From assembly GCF_964355755.1 (NCBI RefSeq), contig NC_092670.1, positions 21,624,795 to 21,688,794 on the forward strand: a stretch of 64,000 bases of DNA, in the 5' to 3' direction. The notes under the pieces are model-generated. The model was not told the origin of the DNA. It saw only the letters and a program-made list of their open reading frames with translations, and made no database searches. Shown one piece after another: positions 12,492-27,073 of this stretch. Made by a program: the position numbers and the translations under genes. This stretch comes from Antedon mediterranea (taxonomy: Eukaryota > Animalia > Echinodermata). Positions within the stretch are counted from its first letter, which is position 1. Every line of letters starts with the position of its first letter.

Positions 12492-14459
12492 AAACATATA
12501 GATATATATATTAGGGACAATTTATTAGAGCTCAAATCTATCTTAAATCATGTATTATATAACATGTAACAGTGGAAAGAAGGAATGGTCCCTCATCTCA
12601 AATACCTGATCGGAGATAATATACAACATTTTTTTTTAAATGATAACGATGTGTTTTCCATTTTATAGGATAATTGCAATCACTGTATTGAATACATTGT
12701 TAGCAAGTTAGTGTTAATATGGATTATGAGTCTATAACTTTAAATTTAGTCCAGAATTGAATGATTATTTCACTATTTTAATTAAACCATAGAATAGTAT
12801 ATCCATGAATAAACATATATCTGTATGCAAGTCTATGAATGATTCCTCTTATCCTGTCACAATTTAATTTCCTTTTCGTCTATAATTTCCAAAAATGAAT
12901 ATTGTCTTTCCATAATATTGCCACTTTATATACAGTGTTTGTGGTTATATAGTTTTAGTAATACATCAATTATTGCCATGTAGAATGTAGACTTGTATAT
13001 AAATCCAATATATATCATGTTGTTGAGAAATTGGATTTCTCTTGTTCCAAATCTCGCAAATATTAACGGAACAAGCAAGACTTCTCGTGCGTCTGGCAAC
13101 AATGTACTAGCAGACAGCACAGTAATATTGGTGCTGTAACATTTCTTACAATTTTTTAAGACGCGCACTTTGTTGTTTTTCTTTGCTTTAACTTTAAGGG
13201 TGCATATTGTGTATTTGCCGGTTTTTATTTTATATAATCCTCCTGGAATTGCATACAATTATCTCAGTGTGGACACACCATGAGTTAAAGTTCTAAATCT
13301 GACGAATCCACACTCAAGTCTTTTTCCATCAAACTTCTCCAATTTGTAGTACAATTTGAATACAACAGTAAAAATAATGATTGATTGACAGAAAATGTAA
13401 TACTGTAGAAAATTATATTGTAGATCAATATTTTAGAATAGCACTAACGATTTTTCTAAGGAAGTGTTTTCTACGGCATTAAACTATATTTTGCTGCAGT
13501 AACTAACTGTTTCCAATTTACTGAAGTTACAGCTGTGTACACACTTGTGTTGTGCTGCGGTAACTACAGTAAAATAATGGAGGTACTGTAGTGTATTGTT
13601 TATGACAGTTATACTCCTGCAAAAAAACAGTTATAACTATTTCAAAACGTATTAAAGTAGAAAAGTCTATCAGACAATAATGGTAATTGTTCTTGTCACC
13701 ACTTGTTATTGAAGCAACACACATAACTATCTTGCTTGTTCTTAAAGCTTGCTTCTACCGCACCAATTACGAAGCTTCGATCATCCGAACTGGCGCTTGT
13801 GATTGGTCAACTCATTCGCGTTGCGCCTACGTTGTTTAGTTGCGTCCAGCAGTGACAACTTTAGCAATTTTGTGTGTAATTCATCAAATCGCACGCGACA
13901 TCTCTCAATTGTGGTTTCTAATAACATCGCGTAATGATTATGTTTCCTATACACATGAATCGGTGTGCGTCTAGTAAAATGATTATTAAAACGGACAAGA
14001 AAAACAACGTTGAAGAGTTGATGTAGATACTGTCGTTTAACGGAGATTGATTGTGCTCATACGTCAACAATCGGCTAAGATCATTAAGCGTTGTAATAAA
14101 TCCTCACATAAATCAATTCCATGTACATAATTTTACGGAATAATTCAGTTAAAACTAGAAAAACTTATTGCTTTTGTTATAGATACAGTAGTAGCAGTAA
14201 TTGAATGACAATGTTTAACGTGTTGGTAACGAAGATTTCTTGCGTTTCTTTATTTCGTTGAAACGACTTAATTGACGGATTTTAAACATGTTAACAATTC
14301 TTTATACAATTTATAGTAACTCATCGGAAAAGAAAATCAACTGGAATAATTGAAATTCATGATGTATGATTATTAGAGTGGTTTAACTGTCAGACCTATT
14401 ATATCTTAAGATGTAATGTATTGAAAATTTAAACTGATACAGTAGCCGACCATATTTGA

Positions 14460-14541
14460 AACGCGTTTTTATTATAATTATAGATAACGCGTTTTTATTA
14501 TAATTATAGATAACGCGTTTTTATTATAATTAAAGATAACA
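14460..14541. repeat. 26-bp tandem repeat x3
   Basis: ACGCGTTTTTATTATAATTATAGATA repeated three times. Confidence 0.85.
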
Positions 14542-15116
14542 CATCTAACTCCGTATTATTTTCCATTGATTCGAAGTCGATTCGTATTTTTTGCTGGTGA
14601 TTAATCCCATCAAAGTAGAGTTAATTATTTGCCTAAATCAATAACAGTTGAACTGTTTATGATTAGAATCGAATGTTTATAGATGTTGCCAAATATGACT
14701 AGAGTTTTACTCAAAACTGAAAATCGAGAATCGAGAAATGTTTTTAAAAGTGGTATTAATTCAAATTTGGCAACATTTATTAATTCTAAGTTGATTTGAT
14801 TGTTAGATATGTACATTAGTTTGTACTTTATCATTATGTTATTGTTCATTTAATTTATAATCCAGGGTTTTACTTGTAGACCTTTCCTTGAACTTCATAT
14901 CTTTACATATAATACATTATGATTTCTTTTTTATTTCAAAATGTTCTACAAACTATATAGTTATTGAACATTGTTTTTAAAAATATATGTTTATATTAAA
15001 ATGATTTATTAAATTCAATACAGTATCTGTTAAATTTGTTTGGATGTATTTTTTAACTGTGATTTGCATCATCTTCTATTGAGAGGTTGTACAGCAGTGG
15101 AAACTCTTCATACTCT

Positions 15117-15437
15117 TAAAGACCCATTTACACCAGGACGATAACGACTGACGATAAATAGGTAAGCAGGAATTTTCTTCCATAAAACAAAAGAAATTAT
15201 ATTAGAACTATAGGATAATCATTTAGGCTCTCTTTGATAAATTAATATTTTTTTAACACAACCAAATGACGTCAAAATCGTTTTGTCACGATATTGCTCA
15301 TATCAATCATGACGTCATTTGATTGGACGTGTGAAAGTGTAATTTTATTAAGTTATAGGATGAAAACTTGTTAAATTTCTTTTGTTTTATGTATGAAAAA
15401 TGCATATTTATCGTCGGTCCTAGTGTAAATAGGCCTT
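15117..15437. mobile_element. MITE family C (Harbinger-like); second copy at 27786-28010
   Basis: TIR-like AGACCCATTTACACCAGGACGATAACG / TCGTCGGTCCTAGTGTAAATAGGCCTTA. Internal AATCATGACGTCATTTGATTGGACGTGTGAAA is shared with 27871-27902. Confidence 0.65.
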
Positions 15438-15525
15438 AATAGAGGGGAGGGCCCGGCGGGTGTTGGTCGTAGTGTAAATAGGCCTTAATAGAGGGGAGGG
15501 CCCGGCGGGTGCTGGTCGTAGTGTT
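15420..15525. repeat. ~49-bp direct tandem duplication at the MITE C right end
   Basis: TAGTGTAAATAGGCCTTAATAGAGGGGAGGGCCCGGCGGGTG(T/C)TGGTCG occurs twice. Confidence 0.85.
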
Positions 15526-16387
15526 AAATCATAAATTACGAGAGCAATAGAACCATTGATGATCGATAAAGATATTTTAAAGACAAATCCAGGGACTGAT
15601 ATTAGATATACGATGTGCCAGAGTACATACATTAATCTAGTTTCTTTATTATGAGTTTCGTCTTAATGCTAGATAAATTCAGCACTGCTTCTAGAATTAG
15701 GATGCTTTGTCACAGAAGGGTGACGTTTTCTATATCATCTATCTACGGATGCGATCATTTTGAAATCGCCTCTCTTTTTCTAATACTTATAGACGATGTG
15801 AGAATTTACTATCTAATACTCCAATATATTTCACTGATTTGGATTTACGAGACGATATATTAGTTCTATAAATTCTGATATATTCTGTAAACACTGTCGC
15901 TCGATTGAATCCTATTTTGTGGCGTGTAGGTCCATTTCTACTTGAACCGTATATTCAAACTTTAACCATTGGTCATATTAACCACAACTTTCTCCATTCC
16001 TCCGACGACGAACACAATCACCGATTAACCTGATTTTGCCGATCTACTCATCGCAACTGCCGCAGTGCTCATCGTCTCTGCCGGTGCCACCGCGGTACGT
16101 ACATTGACTATAGACGCTCATCGACTGTGGTAGACCTATATACTTATTTCATAAAATAATGTCGGGTTCACCGTTAAACAATTGATGAATTGATAAACCT
16201 ATTCCTTCGTGCTTAAATAAATCATGCGTCGCCTGAACATTACGCGTGGTTACACGTCAATGTAATCAAATACCTCCTTGTTTAATTAACTAATTCATAA
16301 GTGTATAGGCCTAGGCTAGTATTGTTTTTGTTTTATTGCTTGAAGAAATAATTCTACATGTTTGGAGCTATTGTTATTTCTGTGGCT

Positions 16388-16735
16388 TTTTATTCTTTCT
16401 TTCATTCTTCAGCTCATATTGTTCCAAAGTGCTGGGCAAAGGATGCCAGTTTTCCTATCTTTCGCAATTCTTAGCGGGTCTGTCTAACGAGCTCATCCCT
16501 CCATCTCGAATGAGGTCTACCCATTTTTCTTTTGGCATATAATGGTTGCCACTCCGTTGTCAACTGTGTCCATCTACGATCGTGTATTCTTTCTATATGC
16601 CCTGCCCACCTCCATTTTGTATGTGTTGCTGTCTTGACTGCATCATTCACTTTTGTTTTTTCCCTGTCCCTCCTCGTATACACAAGCATCATTCTTTCCA
16701 TACTTCTTTGTGTGGTTTGAATTTTTATCTCCATT
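16388..16735 (-). mobile_element. 5'-truncated RTE-clade LINE (ORF2 C-terminus fragment)
   Basis: Translation QRSMERMML...KWRWAGHIERIHDRRWT...EWQP...KRKMGRPHSRWRDEL is the typical RTE ORF2 C-terminal signature, followed by a GAA-rich tail. Confidence 0.85.
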
Positions 16736-17184
16736 ATTATTATATTATTAGTATAGATAGTGACTATAAAGTATGCCTATTTAATATTTTAACCACCATT
16801 ATTCCTCAACTACCGATCTCACCAACGTCATTATCATCACAACAGACATCTATTACTGCTATATAGTTATTTCAAATTAAATGAGATTTTATTACAAAAT
16901 ATCGATTTTCAATGCATTTAAAAAAAATCTTTATATTTACGAAACGCATTTGAAATTCATTCAAGCAGTTAGTATGGTTTACGGTATCATGTAATTATAT
17001 ATCTTAATTGTGTTTTACTTTTCAACTGGAGATATTGTTTGCGGCAAAAGAAAGTAATTATTAGTTTTCATAGTATTTTGTAGGATAATTAATCTGAGTA
17101 AGTGTCAATATCCGTGTGTATTGTCAAGTTCTGTTTGTATCTTTAATTTTGTCTTCCATAGCCTTATACATATTGATGTTGTTA

Positions 17185-17480
17185 AGTATCGTCGCGACGT
17201 TTTACTAGACGTATCGCCGCGACGTTTTAAGTATTGTCGTGGCGTATATTAAGTATCGTCTCGGCGTTTTTATCGTCTCGGCATTTTAATCGTACGTATG
17301 TCGTCGCGACGTTTTACTAGTAGGCATATTATCGTGACACTATTTTCGTTTTACTGGATAGTCGACGTTTCACTAGTATCGTGTGACAGTATCGTCGCGA
17401 CGTTTTTTTTAGTATTTCCGAAACGTTTTGACAGTATCGTCGCGACGTTTTATTAGATTTTCGCGAAGTTTTGATAGTAT
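17185..17480. repeat. Degenerate CpG-rich ~20-23 bp minisatellite
   Basis: Repeated AGTATCGTCGCGACGTTTT-like units. Confidence 0.75.
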
Positions 17481-20033
17481 CGTTCAACATCTCTGCAAAC
17501 GGAAGTGTTTACATCACTGTGTGTTTACTGATTACCACTATTATTAAGTAGGCCTATCACCTGTTATGAAAGGCGTATTTGCATTTGTCAGTATTATGTC
17601 AGTGGTAACAGCTGCAGATTCAGGACTGTGGATCCGGCTCCAGAAAAACTAATGAATTTGATCTCAATTATGAAGTGCCACCAACATGTTCAGTGACACT
17701 TGACCTACATGTTTAGTGACACCACACTGTCGCATCCTGTATTTTACTTTTAATGAAAATATGTAGAACCTTAAAATCGACTACGCCCTCTCAATTAAGT
17801 GGAGATGTTGCTCTTCATCTTCATAGATGTATATTTATTGAAAGATTTAATTCGTGATTTTTTTTACAATTTTTATTTTATATAGCGCCACCCGTCACTT
17901 CAGCAACTGAAGGTCATAATTTTCTGAGAACTTTACTGATACGACGTTCAGTTACGTCATCAAGAAGCCAAAGTAACACAATTAATTAGTGCAGTACACA
18001 GTACGAGGATTTTTTTTTTATCAAGAAAATGATTTTTTTTTTGCAATCTGATGGAATGCCTTACCATGAGGCTTCAAGCTCTTGAAATCATTTCTTTTGG
18101 TGAGTAATTATCTATTTATTTATTTTTATATCATTCAATTTATTTTTTCAAGATACCTAACAGTAACACCGTATCACTATTAATGTTTCATTTGGTTCAT
18201 AATGTTACTGTAGTATAAGGCCTATTGTATTTTGCCGGTTTAGTTTGCAATCGTCGCCAATTGTTTCTGTTATGTCCTGATTTAAAGTCGAAATTATTTA
18301 GGCATGAGCATTTATCACTATCCTGCCTTTGATTACAGTTACAAACTTTAAAGATAGCCTATTTATCACATACAAGGACAGTTCTTCCTAAGGCGGGTCT
18401 CCGCATTAGCAATTTCTATTTATATCGGTGGTACAGTATAAAATATCTATGATACAGCAAAAGAAGACCTTTCTACAACTGTTTACAGCAATAAAATGCT
18501 GATAAATTATCATAGGCTTAAACAGATATAAAATGAACGACATCTGTGCAAGTGAATACATATCCTCGAGCTTCCACGTCTCTTCCAATACATAACACTA
18601 TTAGATTTAAACACGACATATTTTTAGCAGACTAACCCTATTGGATCCCAATGGAAAATAAGCTAATAAGCTTTTTGGGCTATCCTGGAAAATCTTTTAT
18701 AAATATATATATTTATTATGTCAGTAATTTATGTTATCACTTTGTATGTATCTTTATGATTTCCTTAATAAATTCAAATCAAATCAATGGTTATGGAATA
18801 ATGAATACCGGTAATTTCAGAGACATCTATCTGTAGTTAGTGTATTTAATTGCTAATCAAATATGCCTTTGTATCATTTAATATAATATACATTTTATAT
18901 ACTTGGACCCATTGTATTCATCTGTTACGCAACAGACGGCGGCGAATGTAATCATTCTGTGTCTCTAAGCTATCATTATGCCGCGTCGCTCCATTGCCTT
19001 GTAATATGGTTTAATTCTATGCATCTAAAACACATTGCTTCCTACGCAATATGGAATCCGGGAGAAAGGTATGTGATTTATGCAAATAAAAATTCCGAAA
19101 ATGTGCACGCGAATATTACTTTTCATAAATCAACGACATACAATTTGTTTGAAGGAGCATAAAATAATAAAAATGATAGTAAGAGAAAATTTAAATGATA
19201 ATGCGTTGCTTTAGGGGACAATAGATGAACAAAGTTTCTGTTATGGATATGCACACTCACAAGGAGAACTCATTTTTCATCCACTGCAAAAGCTTATCAT
19301 AATCAAACGTACCCTTAAAATTCGCCTGATTTTTCGTGCTGTTTCTCCATTATGACAATATAATAGTTGACTAGTGTATTAAGGAAAATTCCGTAATACA
19401 GTAGGGCCTATCTCATATGTATCACTTGTGATGCCTGGGTTAGATTAAGTGTTAGTTTAGGTGGAGTGTGGCCTATGATGAGAGGATGAGAGAATAAAAT
19501 TTGATATCCAGTAAATTAAAGCATTTCCACCATGTTATAATTCTTCTATTTTCATTTTTCATCATAACTTTATTCATAATATAATGGCTTCCAAAGAACA
19601 CATCCATAATGAACTGTATTTTATTATTACGATGTCGTACAGCAGTTGTATGGATTGTAAAACATTACGATAGTTGCTGATAATATGTTATTAGCATCTT
19701 ATAATATTTACATTGTTCTTTATTGTGAAACTTAACAGCAGACAAACATAATGTATTTTTAATTACCGCGTAAAATTAACAGTAGCTGGATTGACAGCAA
19801 TAGCGAGTACCTACTCAGAAGAACTATAGTAACTATAGTACGGTACGTGTACAATTATGTATTGATTGATGACGCAACACTCCGATACTTTAAGGTATTT
19901 TTACACACACAAGCTGCATCAATATATTTTACTAAACGCAAAGCTTAAAATGTAAATAGTCACGGATTACATTTCTGCTAGCAGTAGGATGGTTATACAT
20001 TGTATAACCATCCTACTGTAACCAAGCCATACG

Positions 20034-20165
20034 TTTTTAGTCGCGTGCAAACGCGACTCTACAGCCCACTATGTCGGTCGGTTGGTCGGTCGGTCGATCG
20101 GTTGGTCGGTAAACACTAACTCAAATTTACGCACGCGACTGCAGCCATGTATATGGCCTTGTTTT
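20034..20165 (+). mobile_element. Mini HINE/DINE-like (Helentron-associated) element
   Basis: 5' AGTCGCGTGC-AA-ACGCGACT palindrome, (GGTC)n microsatellite, 3' subTIR GCACGCGACT, hairpin GCCATGTATATGGC, end CTTG in a T-run. An inverted relative lies at 56392-56506. Confidence 0.7.
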
Positions 20166-23100
20166 TTCCATATATGAGGAGGTCTATACTCTCTTCAGAC
20201 AGACAGATCACATACATTATTTAAACCTCACTTTAATATGTAAATATGAAGCAATTAATGTGTATACGTCGTCCATATCAGGGCACGTTATACATCAAGT
20301 TCAAGTTCTCAGGGGGATGTTCGATTAATAAACGGAGTAGCTATAACTGTTAAGAATCAATAAAGTGCATGAACTATTCATCAGCGCCACATCAGCAGCT
20401 AGCCTGAAGGTATATTTTTGGTTAGATGGCTTTTGGTAAATTTCTACAGGCTGGTGCTAAAGAAAATAATATCCACACTCGAATCTAATGTTCTAATTTT
20501 GCTTAGTGGGTGATGACGGGAAACCTATTTCAATTTATTAGGCCTATAAATAATCCTCGCTCCTGTTTCAATATATGAAATCTCAAGAGTTGATAAAATC
20601 GCGTTTGAATTTTTGCAATTTGCAATTATCAACGCAAATTCGTTAAACTTGCTTTAAACTCAATGCCTATCAAAGTATAACAGTACCGTGCTTGGGCTAA
20701 TGTAAAAGGTCTGCTATAGGCCTATACCATCATCGGGAATCGTACACTGTATTTAGGCGCTTCACTGAAATAAGTCTTTAGTACAGGCCTTATATAATAA
20801 AGAATCCCTCGTTGTATACATAATACTACAATGTATTATGATAGATACATTCAGTAAGCTATTTCCTCCGTGATAAAACATCTAATTTTATATTTGTGTG
20901 ACATGTATACCTGCTTCAAATTAGTTCGATTGTTAATATTTATTTAGTGATAGATATTCTAGCTTTTAAACTGGTTTTGTACAGCGCATCCATCCATACG
21001 AGAACAAGGTAATTGTGCAATGGATTTATTATTGGGTTATGATCTTTAAATCAAATTACACGCTATTATCCGATATGTTATTCATTATCTGATGTGTATT
21101 GAGTTAAGTTGGCAATCTAACCAAAGAGCATCAAATTCGAACTGTAAGCCTGCTTCACACTTGGGTGAATTTATTCACGCGAATCGACAGCGTGTTGACT
21201 TATGCGCATGCGTGCATATTATGTTCATCTACTTTTTGCGACGCGTTGTGTTGGCATAACCAATTATGTAGAACTCATTGATTGTTTTATTCGCACGAAT
21301 GTATCGCATGGTGGAAACTAGTTTGGTTTCCAGGCGCAGTTTTGACTTAATATTAGAAAAAAGGATAAATATTTTAGGAACATGACGTTTCATACGTATA
21401 CTACTTGAGCTTGAAACTCCTCAGACAAAAATCGAAAAAAAAGATGAATAATACAGACTTGGGGCAAGTCTAGGTGAAAACACCCTTAAACATATTTTTG
21501 ACGAATTCATGTGAATCGAATATTCTTCTGATTGGTTGCGTATTTTCTTCACATGAAAACAACTTAAATGAAAATGTGAAGTCATGCGCACAAAACCAAC
21601 GCGTTCTATCGCCGAGAGTGCGGCCTTTGCGTGATGCACTGTGTACGTCACCAAAGTTCTGTTGTCATTTTTATATTATAATGAAAACAAACCATTTCCT
21701 TAATTAGAAAACACATTCTGTGATCATCAATATGAGGCATAGTATGCATTTTGAAATGCCAAACGCAATCCGTTAATTTGAAGATATATGGTTCAAAAAG
21801 TTGGTATAGTAATTATGTGTACAGTATGTTCTGAACTGTGTACATATTTATTTATGAGTATGCAAAATAATAATGTTTGGTTGATTTGTTATCACTTAAA
21901 TCATTCACAAATAGATGGCATGGTTGTTAAGCCTACGTGAATTCCTTTACATCTATATCTATCGTATAGTTGTAATAACACGTGAAAACAACCTCATAAA
22001 CCAAGCAACCTCAAACGCTGCTTCTAAAACCAACTGTTAGCAACAACAGTGTATTTGTTTAACTGCTTTACATTTGAACATATGAATCCCCAGTCGTCCG
22101 TTATGCTAAATAGAAGTCGAGAGTTAATGAGAAAATTGTCATTTCCACATGCCAGTAAAAATATCTCGACGCACTTACTTGATCTTGATGGCTTACAATT
22201 AATATGTTTTTAAAGAAAGGGTAATGGAATAGCTTAATGGTGAATACGTGTTCACATTAAATCGAGAAAGAGTTTTTAGAAAACACTGTGAACAATCAGA
22301 GTGTTGAATTATTACATTAAATATGAACAGATATGTGACGCATTCCATCGATAAAAATGTTGAAAGAGAAAGGATAAATTATTCAGGTAGTCATTTCCAG
22401 TCGAGTGACCGCGCAGACGATTTGTTCGCACGATCGCAGTTAGTTTATACGCATGCGTATTGTTGAAACAACCAACCAGAGCTAAAAAATAATATTAATA
22501 TTTCATCGCACAGCGAATAGATTGCAGTAGTCGAGTGGACTTTCAGCATCACGTACATCGAACATTAGGAAATTGATGTAATTAATATCTTGTAAAACAT
22601 ACAACATATGATTGGGTTACACGCTCGACCTTGTCGACAGTTTAATAAAATCTTTTATAAAAGAATATTACATCTGTCGTCAATTATTATACTATTGTTC
22701 TGTTGTTTGTAGCAACATCTTTAGGTTTATTGAATTATTGCCAGGTAACGCGAAAATAGGAAAAAATAAATTATTTGACATCGAAAATATCGCGTACAAG
22801 AAATGTTCGTATTCGTGTTCTGATGACATTTTAAATATTTTAAATACATTTAAAGTAATGTGACAGTTATATTTGATATCATTACACTACAGCAGTATCC
22901 ACCGTCACTACCGATGCAGTTGACAAATACGTCACCGAGGAAATGTCTTCCTTAAACACTTTTCTCTCAGTAGAAGGCGTAGTTTAATTATAATTACATT
23001 TATTAAAAAAAATAATACAGAATAAAATGTGAAATATTCAACGAGAAATTGTAAAGATTAAAAAATGCGTTTACTGGGGCCGGTTATAAACGAATTTTTC

Positions 23101-23640
23101 TCAATCGTCACTTATGTTATCGCTCAGTTTAAAAGAGGCATCTTCAATCATGTATGGACGACATTAGTTCTTTATGGCATGGTATATTTAATTAATTTTT
23201 AATTATGTTTTTCTGACCTCGAGGCAATCAGTCGAGGACATTTTTTTTATGCATTAGGCCTATTACTTAATTCAATGACATATACAGTATTTTGTCCGTA
23301 CTTTTCTCTCAGCAAACAGGCATTACAAAGTCCTACCTACCTAATAATACACCCAAAGTAAAATCATAAACAAGAAAAATATTTCTTACAAAAAACACTG
23401 CTCGACATTTTAAAATTAATCATTGTTCTTTCTTTAGGCCTAGATATATTTATATTTATCGTTTCAAATTAATTAATTAAATTTCAGTATATCACCGGGC
23501 GGTTTAGAATTAATGTTCTTTGCCTGTTGTGTTTATACATATATATATATATAATTAATTTTAATATTAAAATTAATCGCAAAAATACATACAAATCAAA
23601 GATAGTTCTTTAACAATGGTCGATTTTGAACTTTAATGTG

Positions 23641-23641
<1 letters not shown>

Positions 23642-23681
<40 letters not shown>
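23642..23681. repeat. (TG)n microsatellite
   Basis: Pure TG run of about 20 units. Confidence 0.95.
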
Positions 23682-23682
<1 letters not shown>

Positions 23683-23838
23683 CCTCAACCTGTACTGTAG
23701 GCATACAACTGAATACCCTCTAGAGACGACGTGACTTAATATTCACGGCCGGTACAAGTAAGAAAATTCTTCCCAGTCTCTTGATTCGCGTCAACCAATC
23801 AAAGGGCGAGAATCCAAAATCGTTCAACCGTGAGCCCT

Positions 23839-24010
23839 CATAGACTCTCTTTTCCCAGACGTTTTTTGGGTCCAGCAGCTGGGATCTATAAATTATAGTC
23901 GAGTTTACAAAGTCGCAAAACTGTCGGCTTTAGATACTATAACTACTGCTTGATTTAGCTTATGAATGAGTAGTCCTCATAGGACGTAGCGGGCTAGAGC
24001 AGCAGCGTGA
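23839..24010 (+). repeat. ~170-bp repeat, left member of an inverted pair with 26901-27073
   Basis: CATAGACTCTCTTTTCCCAGACGTTTTTTGGGTCCAGCAGC... is the reverse complement of ...GCTGCTGGACCCAAAAAACGTCTGGGAGAAGAGAGTCTAT. Confidence 0.8.
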
Positions 24011-26716
24011 AAAAAAAAAACTTACTAGCGCACTAGAACAAATTCAATCGCGTTTTAAGATTTAGGTCTATTGGAGACATCGCACAGTTAACAAGTATAG
24101 ACAATATACATTCGAAATAGCACGAAGGTAAATAAATAGTTTGTCTTACAAACGTGAAACTATGCCGCATAATATCCGCCATAGATCGTGTAAGTAAATA
24201 ATTCAAAATCAACCGGTAATAATCTAGTACTTAGATGCAATAAATTACCTATCAATAAATGGACACACGCGTACTACATTTTCAATCCTCTTCTGATATC
24301 ATACTTGTTGCATATTTCACTACTTACTATTGATTTAATGTCGAATTTTTACTTTCTTGTTGACGCCCATTATGCCTACTCTTGTTCATTCGTCCTTTGA
24401 ATGAAACTTTTAACCATTGATCATGTATAACTTAATTCATTCAAGGAGCACCGCGACAAATAATTGCTAAAATTGTTAAATTAAATGTGACAAAATCAGT
24501 AGTAGGCCTACGTACAACCTTTCTACTATATGATTACGTCATTGCTATGCTACGCGCGTAATATTTATGGGTATTAATGTGCACTATATAATAATATCTT
24601 GTATCTTAGTTAGAGACCGATGATTGTGAACGATATAGGAGATGCGACATGTACGCTCTGCTGCAACGTAAACGTGGATGAAAGTATAAATTGCATGGTT
24701 GTAAAGTAATATAATGTTCATTATTAATATGTGTAATGTAACGTGGCCTTGAGAGAACGCGGTGAAAACTTAAGTATACGCGGCCGGCAACAAGCTCTAC
24801 AAAAACACCAACCGTGATAGCGTCATGCTAATTAAAACACGCATGCGTACGGGGCATTTCGTCGTTGGATACCTGTATCGTACGGAGTGTTTCGATCGTA
24901 TTCGGTCCAGTCGTTTCCAATCAAACAAAGTTGAACAGCTGGCTTGACCAAACCAATTAGACAGAGATTCATGTTTGGTGACATTAAGGTCTCTATGTTG
25001 GTAAACACCTACGAACTATGAAATTATGAAACAACAGTCAGTTGAGACTGAGACGACTACTATACTGTATAAGATCGTGGCGAAAAGATTATCTACCGGT
25101 ACAGTTTACTGTCTGTTGTAATTATTTTGTCCGATGTAGAGGTATCAATTATTAATGTTTAATATTTATTATTCGGCAAGGAAAGTATCAGGAGTTTATT
25201 CAAAAGGTAAAGTGTATAATTTAATTGTTTACGTGTAATCTTAAAGGCCTATGTTTTTATATAATATAATTTGTAAAGGTAGGCATGTATATGCCTATGT
25301 TGGGAAAATGATCCAAAGTATGTCTCCGTTCCAATTCCATGTTGCACCTGCTCGAACTTTCGCCAACATGATCCATCGGGCGATTTAATATCCATTTACG
25401 TTAAATTGAAAGTTATAGGCCTAAATATTAATACTGTAGTTTTAAGGATGGAAATCATGCATATCCTGCACATCCATGAGAAATAGAGAAATACACCGGT
25501 ATACAGTATTACTCAAAGGAGATAATTAAGAAACACATTTGGAGAATCAACATTTCGACATTTATTATGTCATCATCAGTATTTTATTTTATATGTCAAT
25601 TATTCGGCAAAAGACTGCAATAACATGACACACAGTACGTATATAAAACTCTAAGCAGATATAAACACATCCAAGTACAGTATTATAGTTTCATGTTATA
25701 TCCAGCATAATTACCCGCTGACATAATGTAGTATGGAATGCGTTTATTTTTAAAAGCGTTCAACTCTAGTAACAGAGGTGGCTCAGGTGTGTAGAATCAT
25801 TTTCACCTCCGTTGGGATTTCACGCGCATTATCGTCATCAAGATATTAACTTGTGTTATGTTGTTTGCTCATCTGCGCCAGGTAATACCGTAAGGCCTGT
25901 GCTGTTGTACATAGCAATTATTTTGTGTTTTCATTCTAGCTTCGGATGTAAAACACTGTTTACCTTATTGATTTATGTGACCAATTTCATAACATTTGTA
26001 TTAAACTACTTTAAATCGCGCCCGGATTCGGTCCGGCGCCCTGAGAAAAATATCGTGAGTGTATCGAGCACGAATTCAGTTATTCGTTGTCAAGGGAGGT
26101 CATTCATGCTGACTGTTGATTGGTCAAAAGAAAAAAATCGTACGATTCTAAAAACATGGTTTCTTGATTAATCGCTCCAAATTCGGAGTCCGAATCAGGT
26201 ACGGATTCAAATCGTACGAATTTCATGTGAACGAACCCATTTTCCACCGTGTGAAAGCAGCTTTAATCATCTTATTTATATCGTCAAATGTCTTCACGTC
26301 TTCTCATCAAGAAGCACGATGCTGTTCTCGTGAAAAATATGATGAAAAATGCAATATGTATGAATACAGTACAGTGAAAATAGTGTCTTAAACATCTATA
26401 TTTTGTACCCACCATTTTCACACATTTAGCTTTTAAACACGTAGTTACATGTTTAACGTGTTTAAACCCTAAACGTTGCGTGCATATGATTTTACTGTGG
26501 CGGAAAAAAGCTCCACATTATGAGCTCTACACATGGCAAATTGAACACGTTTAAAACCTAAACGTGTCTTTATATTGCTCTATATGTTTAACAATAAACA
26601 GTCACTGATGTGTTGAGTTGGATACAGACTACATGTTTAGTATATATTTAGAACCTAAACATATTCATATCTAAACATGTTTAAGGCTAAATGTGTGTTT
26701 AAGATCTAAACACTAT

Positions 26717-26900
26717 TTAGGTTATATGCATGATATGCATATAACCTCTTGATTCTGTCAAAATCTTTATTAGGTTATATGCATTATCATGCATATAACC
26801 TCTTGATTCTGTCAAAATCTTTATTTATTTATTAGGTTATATGCATGATATGCATATAACCTCTTGATTCTGTCAAAATCTTTATTTATTTATTTATTTA
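26717..26900 (+). mobile_element. Three stacked 5' heads (H1-H3) of the Helentron-like element
   Basis: TTAGGTTATATGCAT-(GAT/TATC)-ATGCATATAACCTCTTGATTCTGTCAAAATC followed by (TTTA)n, three times. Confidence 0.85.
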
Positions 26901-27073
26901 TCGCGCCGCGGCTCTAGCCAGCTATGTCCCAGGAGGACACATTCATTAATAAGCTGTTTCATAGCGGTAGCTTTAGTATCTAAGGCTGACAGTTTTGTGA
27001 ATTTGGAAACTCGACTATAATTTATAGGTAGCTGCTGGACCCAAAAAACGTCTGGGAGAAGAGAGTCTATATG
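26901..27073 (-). repeat. ~170-bp repeat, right member of the inverted pair with 23839-24010
   Basis: Diverged reverse-complement match, truncated at its T-run by head H3. Confidence 0.8.

Noticed and set aside
12926-13258. 110-aa minus-strand ORF
   Set aside because: Lies in the probable RhoGAP 3' UTR, with no motif or splice support.
26717-26900. CRISPR-like palindromic direct repeats
   Set aside because: There are no unique spacers, only (TTTA)n, and the context is eukaryotic with no cas genes. They are transposon 5' ends.
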